Below, one piece after another: positions 39,024 through 50,193 of a stretch of DNA of 64,000 nt. Source of the stretch: Daphnia carinata. Its lineage: Eukaryota. The stretch covers positions 248,001-312,000 of the forward strand of contig NC_081331.1 in assembly GCF_022539665.2 (NCBI RefSeq), in the 5' to 3' direction. The notes under the pieces were generated by a model that was not told the origin of the DNA, searched no databases, and saw nothing but the letters and a program-made list of their open reading frames with translations. Positions within the stretch are counted from its first letter, which is position 1. The number at the start of each line of letters is the position of its first letter. Position numbers and translations under genes: made by a program.

Positions 39024-39729
39024 ATTGGAGCTTTTTCTTTTGTGATATTTTGCGAGTGTATTCCTGGCTGAATTTGGACGCCAGCTTATAGAATACAAGT
39101 GCTGATGGCTCGGTAGCAAACCACTCTTTTTCCAAAAATGCTGTTTTGCAAAAGTAAAACTTTAACTTTTTGTTACATGTCGAATCGTTACCCTTATTTC
39201 ACACATATTTCAAGTACAAAAAACATGTTAAATTGTTGTTTTAATTAATTTTCTTGACGTTTACGATGTCGAGTCGAGCAGGAGGTTTCGTCGATTTGCT
39301 GTAGGAAGTAGCCATAGCGCTTTCCCGAATGGTTCACGCTATTATGCCTTTAGTGGTATGATAGTTGCTTCCTTAATACTCGTGATTGTAAGTTTTGATT
39401 CATTATTTCCTTCACATTGGATTCGATAAATGCATGTTTATAAAAAAAACTTGCTTTTCGTGTTATATCGTATGTTTACACCTCTTTTTAAATATATATA
39501 AAAGTTCAATTTTTAACAAGTGGCAATGTTGGCATATTCAACATGACTTTTGTCGTCTGCTTGTTGCAAAAGTTTTTCATGAACTGTACTTGTTTCCTTA
39601 TTGCCACGTGAATTCCTCCTTTCATACTGGAAAAGTTTCATCGTTATAATGCCAATTGATATTCAATGAATAAATAAGTGAATGCATTAATTATTACAAG
39701 AGCAACCAACAAAGTTACTACGAAGCTTT

Positions 39730-41205
39730 TGTGTCCGGGTACTATTATATCGTTGGAATTTTTGGTTCGATGGAAATGGAAATGAACGGAGCAAATTTCA
39801 GTATGTCTCTAGTTCTATTATCATAGTATAGATGAATTAGATTCAGAAGCTCTAGAAGATTTAGAAATTGCTTCGTATGGGATGCTTCACCATGCAGCGA
39901 ATGAAGAAGAATGTTGCCTTAATCCCTCGAATTACACAAACAATTTTTTACATATAGAAGCTGCTGTGTCTGATGATGGAGTAACCATGCCAAATCTAAG
40001 GCAGGTCACAGTAGTCCAGAGAGTAAAAATGAAGAGCATTCAAAGTCTGCCAATTTTGTATGTATTCCACCAGTAAGTTTACTATCCAATATAGGTTTTG
40101 AACAATCAAAAAAGCATTTAGAATGCATGGAGCAAACAAAAGTGACAAATCCCAAAAAACACAAGATTTCTTAAGGAATATAAATCCTAAATAACAACCT
40201 TTAACTTCCTTTAAGAAAAGAAATTCCTTTTCTCAAAGGTTGATAATAGAAGGAAGCTGTAGGCCAAGTCAGCTGACAAGAAAATCTTTTGAGGTCATTA
40301 CTCTTTTGGATGACGAAGATTCAATGTGCCTCCATCGACAAATCTTCCAAACAGAATGACAAAAAGAGTTCTACCTTTACCATCAGGAATTGAAAGGGGA
40401 CCCAAGTTGCTTCAATCTCCTTACTGGTTGGTTCCAGTGCATCATCAACTGAAGGCAGTGAATCTGACAGTTCTGTTACAGTGCTTAACCCCCTTCCAGG
40501 CCCTTCATGTATGTATGTGGATTCATGCCCAGATTTATCACCAAACTCAGCAACAGATTCATCTGACTCTGAAATTGAAGTCATGAAACTACCCTAAATT
40601 GGCTATGATAAAGTTGATATTAAGTTGAATGTCAGTCAACCTAATATTGGAAGCACTCTAGCCACTTGCATCAATTCTTCTAGCTCTGGTTTGAATTGGC
40701 AAAAGTATTCTAGTGAAAAATGGACATCAGGAATGATAAATTTCTATGATAGCGATGGATCTGATAGAGATTTGGAAGCAATCTTAAAATCTCTTCCGAA
40801 AAACGTCAAGTGGCATTTGGATATCGAAGATTGTCGTGGAAGCGATTTACAGAGAAACCGTTATTTTGGAAAGAGTGCCAAAATGCAGTGCACTAACTGT
40901 AGCCAGTGGGATCATCTGACTAAGGACTGCACAGATCCTAGGAAAATCATTAGTTGGGGTATATGCGGATTGCTTGGACACAAGCAATTTGCATGTCCAA
41001 ATAAAGTTTGTTTGGGTGTAAGTCATGCAATTTCCCAGTACTTCAAAGTCTGCTTTGTAATTATTGATTTATTTTGCATCACAGTGCGGCCGGCCAAACA
41101 AAATTCTTGTTGAGTGCTGTCCTGAATGTCGTCGAGAGCAAAATATTATTTGTATGATCTGCCGTTCTAAGCATGTCACTCAGCGCTGTCCCGATCTGTG
41201 GAGGC
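39730..41205 (+). pseudogene. ZCCHC7: ZCCHC7/Air1-2-like zinc-knuckle protein, frameshifted and 3'-truncated (copy 1)
   Basis: ALEDLEIASYGMLHH, KWTSGMINFYDS, RNRYF, CTNCSQWDHLTKDC, CGLLGHKQFACPNKVCLG|CGRP and CPDLWR. One Cys reads W. Similarity is lost after CPDLWR; several frame breaks. Confidence 0.7.
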
Positions 41206-41659
41206 TGTCGTCAATCTGTCTGTCAAGCACAAAAGAAAACGAATCCAATGCAGATAATGACGTGTATCGTGTCGTCTACCTGTTGATCCGTATGAACTGT
41301 CAGTCAGGTTGTTCACATGCTTCTTAAAATTTCTGCGTCATCTTAAAAAAAGTGCGCGATGCAGCAGAAATTTTTGGTGCATTGCCAAAACGGTTGATTT
41401 AATGAAAGTAAATACAATTTTCTGTCATTTCCTTCGCTTTTTTTCATTTTATTAAGCCCAATGTCAAAATAGGCAGGCAGATACTTGCTCCAGCGTTTTT
41501 TGGGACCATCGTGGACTAGGTGACGACGACCTACAATAATTTTAAAAGAACGGATACTGAAAAGTCTCATACAGTACTTCACGACGTATACCTGTGCAGT
41601 TGCAGCAGAACAACTGATGGCTAGGTTTTAAAATGTTTCCTGTGTTATTTGGTTCTTCA

Positions 41660-42510
41660 GATTGACTTCATTTCAGAGTCCGATGAATCTGTTTTTGAGT
41701 TTGGTGATAAATCTGGGGATGAATCCACATACATACATGAAGGGCCTGGAAGGGGGTTAAGCACTGTAACAGAACTGTCAGATTCACTGCCTTCAGCTGA
41801 TGATGCACTGGAATCAACAGGTAAGGAGATTGAAGCAACTTGCGGTCCGCTTTCAATGCCTGACGGTAACGGTAACACTCTTTTAGTGTCATTCTGTTTG
41901 TAAGGTTTGCCGATGGAGGCATATTTTGACTCAATAAATCAGTAATGAGCTCAAAAGGTTTTCTTTTCAATTGACTTGGCCTATAGCTTTCTTCTATTAT
42001 CAACCTTTGAGAAAAGGAATTTCTTTTCTTAAAGGAAGTTAAAGGTTGTTATTTAGGATTTATATTCCATAAGAAATCTTGTGTTTTATTTTGGCTTGTC
42101 ACTTTTGTTTGCTCCATGCATTCTAAATGCTTTTTGATTGTACAAAACTTATATTGGATAGCAAACTTACTGGTGGAATACATATAAAATTGGCTGGCTT
42201 TGACTGCTCTTCATTTTGACTTTTGGACTACTGTGGCCTGCTTTGGATTTGGCATGGTTACTCCATCATCAGACACAGCAGCTTCTGTATGTAAAGAATT
42301 GTTTGTGTAATTTGTGGGATTAAGGCAACATTCCCTCATTTGATGCATGGTGAAGCATCCCATACAAAGCAATTTCTAAATCTTCTAGAGCTTCTGAATC
42401 TAATTCATATATACTATGATAATATGAAGACATACTGAAATTTGCTCAGTTCATTTCCATTTGCATCGAACCCAAAATTCCAACGATGTAATAGTACCTG
42501 GACACAAAAG
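41660..42510 (-). pseudogene. ZCCHC7: ZCCHC7-like 5' fragment (copy 2, inverted)
   Basis: Reverse complement of ~39730-40590; zinc knuckles absent. Confidence 0.7.
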
Positions 42511-42995
42511 CTTCTTAGTAACTTTGTTGGTTGCTCTTGTAATAATTAATGGACTCACTTATTTATTTATTGAATATCAATTGGCATCATAACGATGAAA
42601 CTTTTCCAGCATGAAAGGAGGAATTCACGTGGCAATAAGGAAACAAGTACAGTACAGTACATGAAAACTTTTGCAACAAGCAGCCGACAAAAATCATGTT
42701 GAATATGCCAACATTGCCACTTGGTAAAAATTGAACTTTTATATATATTTAAAAAGAGGTGTAAACATACGATATAATAGGAATAGCAAGTTTTTTTTTA
42801 AACATGCATTTATTGAATTCAATGTGAACGAAATAAAAATGAATCAAAATGTACAGTAACGAGTATTAAAGAAGAAACTATCATACCACTAAAGGCATAA
42901 TAGCATGAACCATTCGAATTTCGCATTCTATAAGCTGGCGTCCAAATTCAGCCAGGAATACACTCGCAAAATATCACAAGAGAAAAAGCTCCAAT

Positions 42996-44805
42996 ATGGA
43001 AGAAATTTTATCAGTTTTAGGCTTGACAGTTTTAAGCTTCTTTATTTGGACGTGTGATCGTTGTTTGGAGAAGCGCAGCATTGTACTGCATTCCAAATGC
43101 CAATGCAATGAGTTCAGCGTAACCGACCAGAAACAAGAACCCAGCGGTCCAAAACCGGGAGGAAGACTGTTGCGAAATTAGAGCCACTTTCACCAGTTAT
43201 GTTGACAACCCAGAAATCCAGTAAAAAATTCGGCATTTTTGTTTATGGAAACCAGCCCGGCACCAGACAACGAAGTAATGCTACCAGATGTTTTGATTGT
43301 CAAAATCGAGGAATAGGCAGTTCCTTTCCCAGATCGGTTCGACAATCCAAACTGGAAGAAGATCGTTGTAAAACCAGGACCAGTTTCACCAGTTATGTTG
43401 ACAACCCAGAAATCCAATCAAAAATTCGGAATTCTTGTTTATGGTAACCAGCCCGGCCTCAGACAACGAAGTAATACTACCAGATGTTTTGGATCTCGAA
43501 AACAAGGAGGTAGTCCCTTTCCTTAACCCGTTTGGCACTCCAAAACCAGAAGTGGTTTTTGCTGAATCCAAGTCAACTTCCACAGGTGATCCCATGCTAC
43601 CAGAATTTCCGAAAGTTCTTCACGTTCATATTCTTAAAATACCTGATATTGATGAGATGCCAGAAGTGCCATCAGAATTTGAAGAAGTTATCCACGTCCA
43701 TACCGACAAAACACAAAACAAAGAGTTTCTGCTAAAAATGTATGAAGACAGCTGTAACATGCCTGACGAAAACGAATATCTAAATCAATTATTTATCTCG
43801 AATCCTATGTTTTCGTACGTCCCACCAATATTCGGTTCTTCTAAAGTACAGGTCAACTATTCTGTAGCAACTGTTGATTTTGTGGTCTGCATTTCAAGTG
43901 CTGCCATCTCTTGTGAAATTCTGTAACTATGTTTGTCTTTCATCATTGTTACGCTTCCACCCCTAGAGTTCAGGTCGAACCTTAGTCGACTTATGGCCTC
44001 TCTTTCATTTAGACTGGGAGTCGGGATTTGGCCAGATGTCCGATAGAACGCTAAGAGGGGGCTCTGCTGTTGCTGGCCTCCCTCGCGTAAGTCGTTTGAG
44101 AAGGAGGTCTGCTTTACTGCTGGCTTCCCTTCGCGATTGTTGTTAATAGTATATGTGTATGTATTTTATATGTCTTTTTTGTATTTTCCCTGTGCAATTG
44201 TTGGTATAAATGGAAGAAACTGTAACAATTCTTGTGATGATTTATATTCATTGCCTAATCGTATTGAGGAAAAGTAAGGAAAACAAGTTTGTGAAATTGA
44301 TGAGAAAATGGAAAAAATGGATTGTTTCTTATCTCCCAACAAGAAAAGGTAGGGCTGCAGGAAAACGCAGGAAATTTACGAAGCTTTCTGAAAAATGGGA
44401 CGCAAAACTAAACTTGAGTGAAGCGACTGAAGCTTCTAAGCTGGAAAAAGATTTGGAACCGTCAGAAGTATTTGAAATCTATGACACAGTTGGCCATATG
44501 CATATCCTCGCTACACCTAGTCACATGGAGATACCAGAAGAGTTTGAAGGATATAGGACAGTTTTTCACATCCATTACCTCTACGTATCTGAAGAGTTTC
44601 TGTTAGCCATCGCTAAAGACGAGCCGAACCAAGAGACACCTACGTTTCCGAATTCCGCACTAACGGTCTCTGGTCCTACAACAACTGAGGAGACGGACCT
44701 TCCTTGTCAGTCACCATCAGCTGCTGAAGCCGATCTTGTAGAAAGTTTTGAAAACGAAAAAACTTCAAAACGAGATGTGTTACATAACAAATTGACAGAC
44801 AAAAG
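42996..44805 (+). pseudogene. Orphan gene copy 2 (frameshifted, ~380-bp insertion, truncated at the fold-back)
   Basis: MEEILSVLGLTVLSFFIW at 42996. Broken into ORFs 42996-43181, 43435-43926 and 44210-44842. Confidence 0.85.
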
Positions 44806-46528
44806 GACTGACAAGGAAGGCCCGTCACTTCAGTTATTATAGAACCACAGTCTGTTGGTGCGGAATTCGGAAACGTAGGTGTCTCTTGGTTCGGCTCGTC
44901 TTTAGCGATGTCTAACAGAAAGTCTTTAGATACGTAGAGGTAATGGATGTGACATACTGTCCTATATCCTTCAAACTTTTCTGGTGTCTCCATGTGACTA
45001 GGTGTAGCGATATGCATATGGCCAACTGTGTCGTAGATTTCAAATACATCTGACGGTTCCAAATCTTTTTCCAGCTTAGAAGCTTCAGTCGTTTCACTCA
45101 AGTTTAGGTTTGCGTCCCATTCTTCAGAAAGCTTCGTAAATTTCCTGCGTTTTCTTGCAGCCCTACCTTTCCTTGTTGGGAAATAAGCAACAATCAATTT
45201 TTTCCATTTTCTCATCAATTTCACAAACTTGTTTTCCTTACTCTTTTCCTCAATGCGTTTAGGCAATGAATATAAATCATCACAAGAATTGTTACAGTTT
45301 CTTCCATTTATACCAACAATTGAACAGGAAAAATACAACAAAGACATAATAAATACATACACATATACTATTTACAACACTCGCGAAGGGAAGCCAGCAC
45401 TAGCAGTAAAGCAGCGCTCCTTCTCAAAGGACATACGCGATGGAGGCCGGCAACAGCAGAGCCCCTCATAGCGTCCTATCGGACATCGGGCCAAATCCCG
45501 ACTCCAAATCTAAATGAAAGAAAGGCCATAAGTCGACTGAGGTTCGACCTGAACTCTAGGGGAGGAAGCGTAACAATGATGACAGACAAACGTGGATATA
45601 GATTTTCACAAGAGATGGCAGCACTTGAAATGCAGACCACAAAGTAAACAGTTGCTACAGAATAGTTGACCTGTACTTTAGGAGAACCGAATTTTGGTAA
45701 GACGTTCGAAAACATAGGATTCGAGATAAATAATTGATTTAGATATTCGTTTTCGTCAGGCATGTTTACAGCTGTCTTCATACATTTTTAGCAGAAACTC
45801 TTTGTTTTGTGTTTTGTCGGTATGGACGTGGATAACTTGTTCAAATTCTGATGGCAATTCTGGCATCTCAGCAATATCAGGTATTTTAAGAATATGAAAC
45901 GTGGAGAACTTTCGGAAATTCTGGTACCAAGGAATCACCTGAGGAAGTTGACATGGATTCAGCAAAAACCTCTTCTGGTTTTGGAGTGCCAAACGGGTTA
46001 AGGAAAGGGACTACCTTCTTGTTTTCGAGATCCAAAACATCTGGTAGTATTACTTCGTTGTCTGAGGCCGGGCTGGCTACCATAAACAAGAATTCCGAAT
46101 TTTCTGATTGGATTTCTGGGTTGTCAACATAACTGGTGAAACTGGTCCTGGTTTCACAACGATCTTCCTCCAGTTTGGATTCTCGAACCGATCTGGGAAA
46201 GGAACTGCCTTTTTCTCGATTTTGAGATCCAAAACATCTGGTAGTATTACTTCGTTGTCTGGACCCGGGCTGGTTTCCATAAACAAAAATGCCGAATTTT
46301 TTTACTGGATTTCTGGGTTGTCAACATAACTGGTGAAAGTGGCTCTAATTTCACAACAGTCTTCCTCCGGTATTGGACGCCGGGTTCTTGTTTCTGGTCG
46401 GTTACGCTGAACTCATTGCAGTGGCATTTGGAATGCAGTACAATGCTGCGCTTCTCCAAACAACGGTCACACGTCCAATTAAAGAAGCTTAAAACTGTAA
46501 AGCCTAAAACTGATAAAATTTCTTCCAT
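44806..46528 (-). pseudogene. Orphan gene copy 3 (inverted relative to copy 2; frameshifted, same insertion)
   Basis: MEEILSVLGFTVLSFFNW at 46528. Fragmented ORFs 46247-46528, 45886-46089, 45476-45781 and 44676-45362. Confidence 0.85.
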
Positions 46529-47019
46529 ATTGGAGCTTTTTCTTTTGTGATATTTTGCGAGTGTATTCCTGGCTGAATTTGGACGCCAGCTTATAGAATG
46601 CGAAATGCGAATGGTTCACGCTATTATGCCTTTAGTGGTACGATAGTTGCTTCTTTTAATACTTGTTACTGTAAATTTTGATTCATTTTTATTTCCTTCA
46701 CATTGAATTCAATAAATGCATGTTTAAAAAAAAACTTGCTTTTCCTATTATATCGTATGTTTACACCTCTTTTTAAATATATATGAAAGTTCAATTTTTA
46801 CCAAGTGGCAATGTTGGCATATTCAACATGATTTTTGTCGGCTGCTTGTTGCAAAAGTTTTTCATGTACTGTACTGTACTTGTTTCCTTATTGCCACGTG
46901 AATTCCTCCTTTCATACTGGAAAAGTTTCATCGTTATGATGCCAATTGATATTCAATAAATATATAAGTGAGTCCATTAATTATTACAAGAGCAACCAAC
47001 AAAGTTACTAAGAAGCCTT

Positions 47020-47690
47020 TGTGTCCAGGTACTATTGCATCGTTGGAATTTTGGGTTCGATGCAAATGGAAATGAACGGAGCAAATTTTAGTATGGTTTC
47101 GGATTATCATAGTTTAGATGAAAAAAGTTCAGTAGCTCTAGAAGATTTGGAAATTGCTTTGTATGGGATGCTTCCCCATGCATCAAATGAAGAAGAATGT
47201 TGCCTTAGACCCCAGAAATGATAAAGTTCTATGATAGCGATGGGTCTGATAGAGATTTGGAAGCAATCTTAAAATCTCTTCCGAAGAACATCAAGTGGCA
47301 TTGGGATATCGAAGATTGTCGTGGAAGCGATTTACAGAGAAATCGTTATTTTGCAATGAGTGCCAAAAATGCAATGCACTAACTGTAGCCAGTGGGATCA
47401 TCTCACTAAGGACTGCAAAGATCCTAAGAAAATCATTGGGGGTATCTGCGGATGGCTTGGACACAAGCAATTTGCATGTCCAAATAAAGTGTGTTTGGGT
47501 GTAAGTCATGCAATTTCCCAATACTTCAACGTCTGCTTTGTAATTATTGATTTATTTTTATTACAGTGTGGCCAGCCAAGCAAAATTCTTGTTGAGTGCT
47601 GTCCTGAAAGTTGTCGAGAGCAACATATTATTTGTATGATCTGTCGTTCTAAGCATGTCACTCAGCGCTGTCCCGATCGGTGGAGGCCGT
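47020..47690 (+). pseudogene. ZCCHC7: ZCCHC7-like copy 3 with an internal deletion
   Basis: Matches 39730-39920, then jumps (~47215) to the equivalent of ~40730. Carries CTNCSQWDHLTKDC...CPDRWR. Confidence 0.7.
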
Positions 47691-47989
47691 CGTCAATCTG
47701 CACGCGAACACGTCGTTATCTGCATTGGATTCGTTTTCTTTTATGCTTGACAGATAGATAAACGGACTGATCAAAGGCCTTACTTTTTTTTTGCAGTGCA
47801 TGAAACGTTAAATCGAATTCTTTACTAAAATCCGTAATCGTCGATTATTGCTCCGGGATTCTTCTTGACGTTCTTTCTTGGTAAAATTGAACCAAATAGA
47901 AGGACACATGTTGCAAGTTTATTATTTCCTTCATTGTAGTTGTTTCAGTCACTAGGAACGTTTTCATTGAAAATTTTTTAATTTGTTTA

Positions 47990-49000
47990 ATTAGTATACT
48001 CTTCGATTCGATGTATTTCCAAAACGGTTAATTTTATTTAAAAAATAAAAATTATATCGGAATCCGTATTCAATTTTGAGCATATCCTGTGGTTTCCAAC
48101 CAACTCCAATGACTAATAGTTTTTGCGAAAAAAAAAATTTAAGCCCGACTTATTTTGTCGGCCTTAAATTTAGCCCGACTTTTCTCTTCCGACCTCATTT
48201 TCTTCGTTTCTCTTCACTTTTTTAAATCTAGTGGCAATATAATGCCGATTTTCGTGGTCAACGATCAATTTCGCATCGGTATCATGTATTTTAAACTAAA
48301 TTTAGAATTTTACGAAAATTGAAAAAGTGAGAAGGCTATAGCCTTCTCATTTTTACGAAAATCGTCAAAAAGCAAAATCTCTTGGAATTGAATGAAAATC
48401 ACAGGCTATAACCAAAATTGAACGCTGATATCGAATCAGTAATTTATTTTGTCGTTAAATCAGTCGTTTCTGAAATAACGGAAAAAGTGTTGTTGGCGCG
48501 CAACCTCAATTTTTTGTTTTTTACAGTTAATTCAAAACCTGTAAGCCCAACGTCAAAATGAACCCGATTTTCGTTATCAGCGATCAATTTTGAATCGGAA
48601 TAAGGTGTTTTAAACTAAATCTAAAATTTGACGAAAATTGAAAAAGTAGGAAGGCTATAGCCTTCTCATTTTTACGAAAATCGTCAAAAAGCAACATCTC
48701 TTGGAATTCAATAAAAATCACACATTACGCTCAAAATCGAATGCTTATTCTTTTTGGCGTATTAGTTTTGCTGTTACGAATGAAGTTTTGTAATTATGCG
48801 CAATCAAAGTGTTATAGCGCAACTACTTAAACATTTTAGATTCTAAAACCATAAGGTCTATGTAAAAACAAAATTCGTTTTCGGAATTCTTGCTAAATTT
48901 TGAATTTATATCATAGATAATTATCTAAATTTATTGATATTATTTTTTAAAAGGAAAATTTTTTAAGCCCGACAAAAAAAGCCCGACAAAATAAGCCCGA
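47990..49000. mobile_element. Second block of the dispersed repeat seen at 25620-27140 (same orientation)
   Basis: TCTTCGATTCG..GTATTTCCAAAAC at ~48000 matches 26761. Palindrome TGAGAAGGCTATAGCCTTCTCA at 48328-48349, variant near 48650. AAGCCCGAC arrays. Confidence 0.75.
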
Positions 49001-50193
49001 CTTGGAAATTGGAACCAGTTCTAAATGTGTTCACCAGATGTCGTCCTACTGGAAAGACTTAGGCCATGAAGTACACTTTATCGGTATTCTTCATGCTTGG
49101 GCTTAAGCAGCGACTGGTCGCTAGTCTCTTGCTGGACCTATGATCCATAAAGCCCGTTCCCTATCGACTCCCCATCGAAAAATGGCAAACAAAACGAGCT
49201 CCAATTAAAAAAATAAAAATAAAACTAATGACTAAAATATTTTAGGAAGAAAATGTCTAGACTCAAATGAAAGCAAACAAGAATAAACTACTTATTCTGG
49301 TACGCCGTATCTCCGAATCGCAGAAAAGTAGCCATTCGTGTGATTGAATACAGTTCAGTTCATTATCGTCATTACCATGCCACTTTAATAGACACGTATA
49401 CGTGTGATTTTGCGATTCTTAAAGGCCAAAAGGATTACCTTTAATGTTTGTTCGCTTCAGTTTGCGGAAACCAGACAATAACAATTCGACAACAGATACG
49501 GAATGTGAATTTTAAACATGTACTATCGGATAAAGAAACACCGAAAGGAAAAGCATTTAATTACGGTGTAGGTGAAATACTGATTCAGCACAAAGAGGAA
49601 TAACATATATCGTATTCTTATGTTAGCAACAATGACGGAGGCTTACAACATTGTATAAGTAATAATCTGTCGATGGGTTCCATTTTTTTGTCGTCTTTAA
49701 AATTTTCTGCTCACAAATGGGCGCGCATATTCAATCAGTTTGTCGTTCAATATATATATATATATAGGGAAAATAAAGGGGGTCTGTGAGTCAAACAGAT
49801 GTTGGTTTCTTCCTTTTTTTTGTTTTTTTTGGAGACGGGGAACCGTGCAATTACATAGTTAAACAGAAGAACAAATTTCAAGGTGTAGGAGAGATGGTAG
49901 TTGGGGAAAATTACATAATTATCCTCGTCGATTTGAACCTCATTCCTTGATCCTTGTATACATTAAAAGTTTTGTCGCGTTCCCCTCTATATTCCGTCTT
50001 TGCAATCAGTCCTGCCGTGTATCTCCTAGGTACTAAATCTGAAATAGAAAGCGAATACCATTAAACAATCTTATCCATTGATTTTTTTTAAATTTCCCTT
50101 CAACTCTAAAAATGTTGTTATCCTAATCACATTTGAAACTGACCTCGTGGTGTGTGTTTGTGTTAGCCCTTGGCCCGTCGTGGCCCAGAGTTG

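Larger units (their letters stand above)
37575..44805. repeat. Inverted repeat between copy 1 (37575-40590) and copy 2 (41660-44805), spacer ~1.07 kb
   Basis: Reverse-complement homology across the orphan ORF, the intergenic region and the ZCCHC7 5' part, with indels. Confidence 0.9.
42320..47210. repeat. Long imperfect palindrome: arms ~42320-44712 and ~44806-47210, loop ~93 nt
   Basis: Direct reverse-complement matching, e.g. 44690-44712 versus 44806-44826, and ATG 42996 versus ATG 46528. Confidence 0.9.

Noticed and set aside
39024..39119. N-terminal 32-aa extension of the 703-aa ORF-track call
   Set aside because: Starts at a non-ATG codon. Paralogs and the RhoGEF-like gene align at ATG 39023, so this is probably 5'UTR.
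42320..47210. Palindrome as a pure sequencing or assembly fold-back artefact
   Set aside because: The arms differ by many substitutions and copy-specific indels. Long-read confirmation is still advisable.
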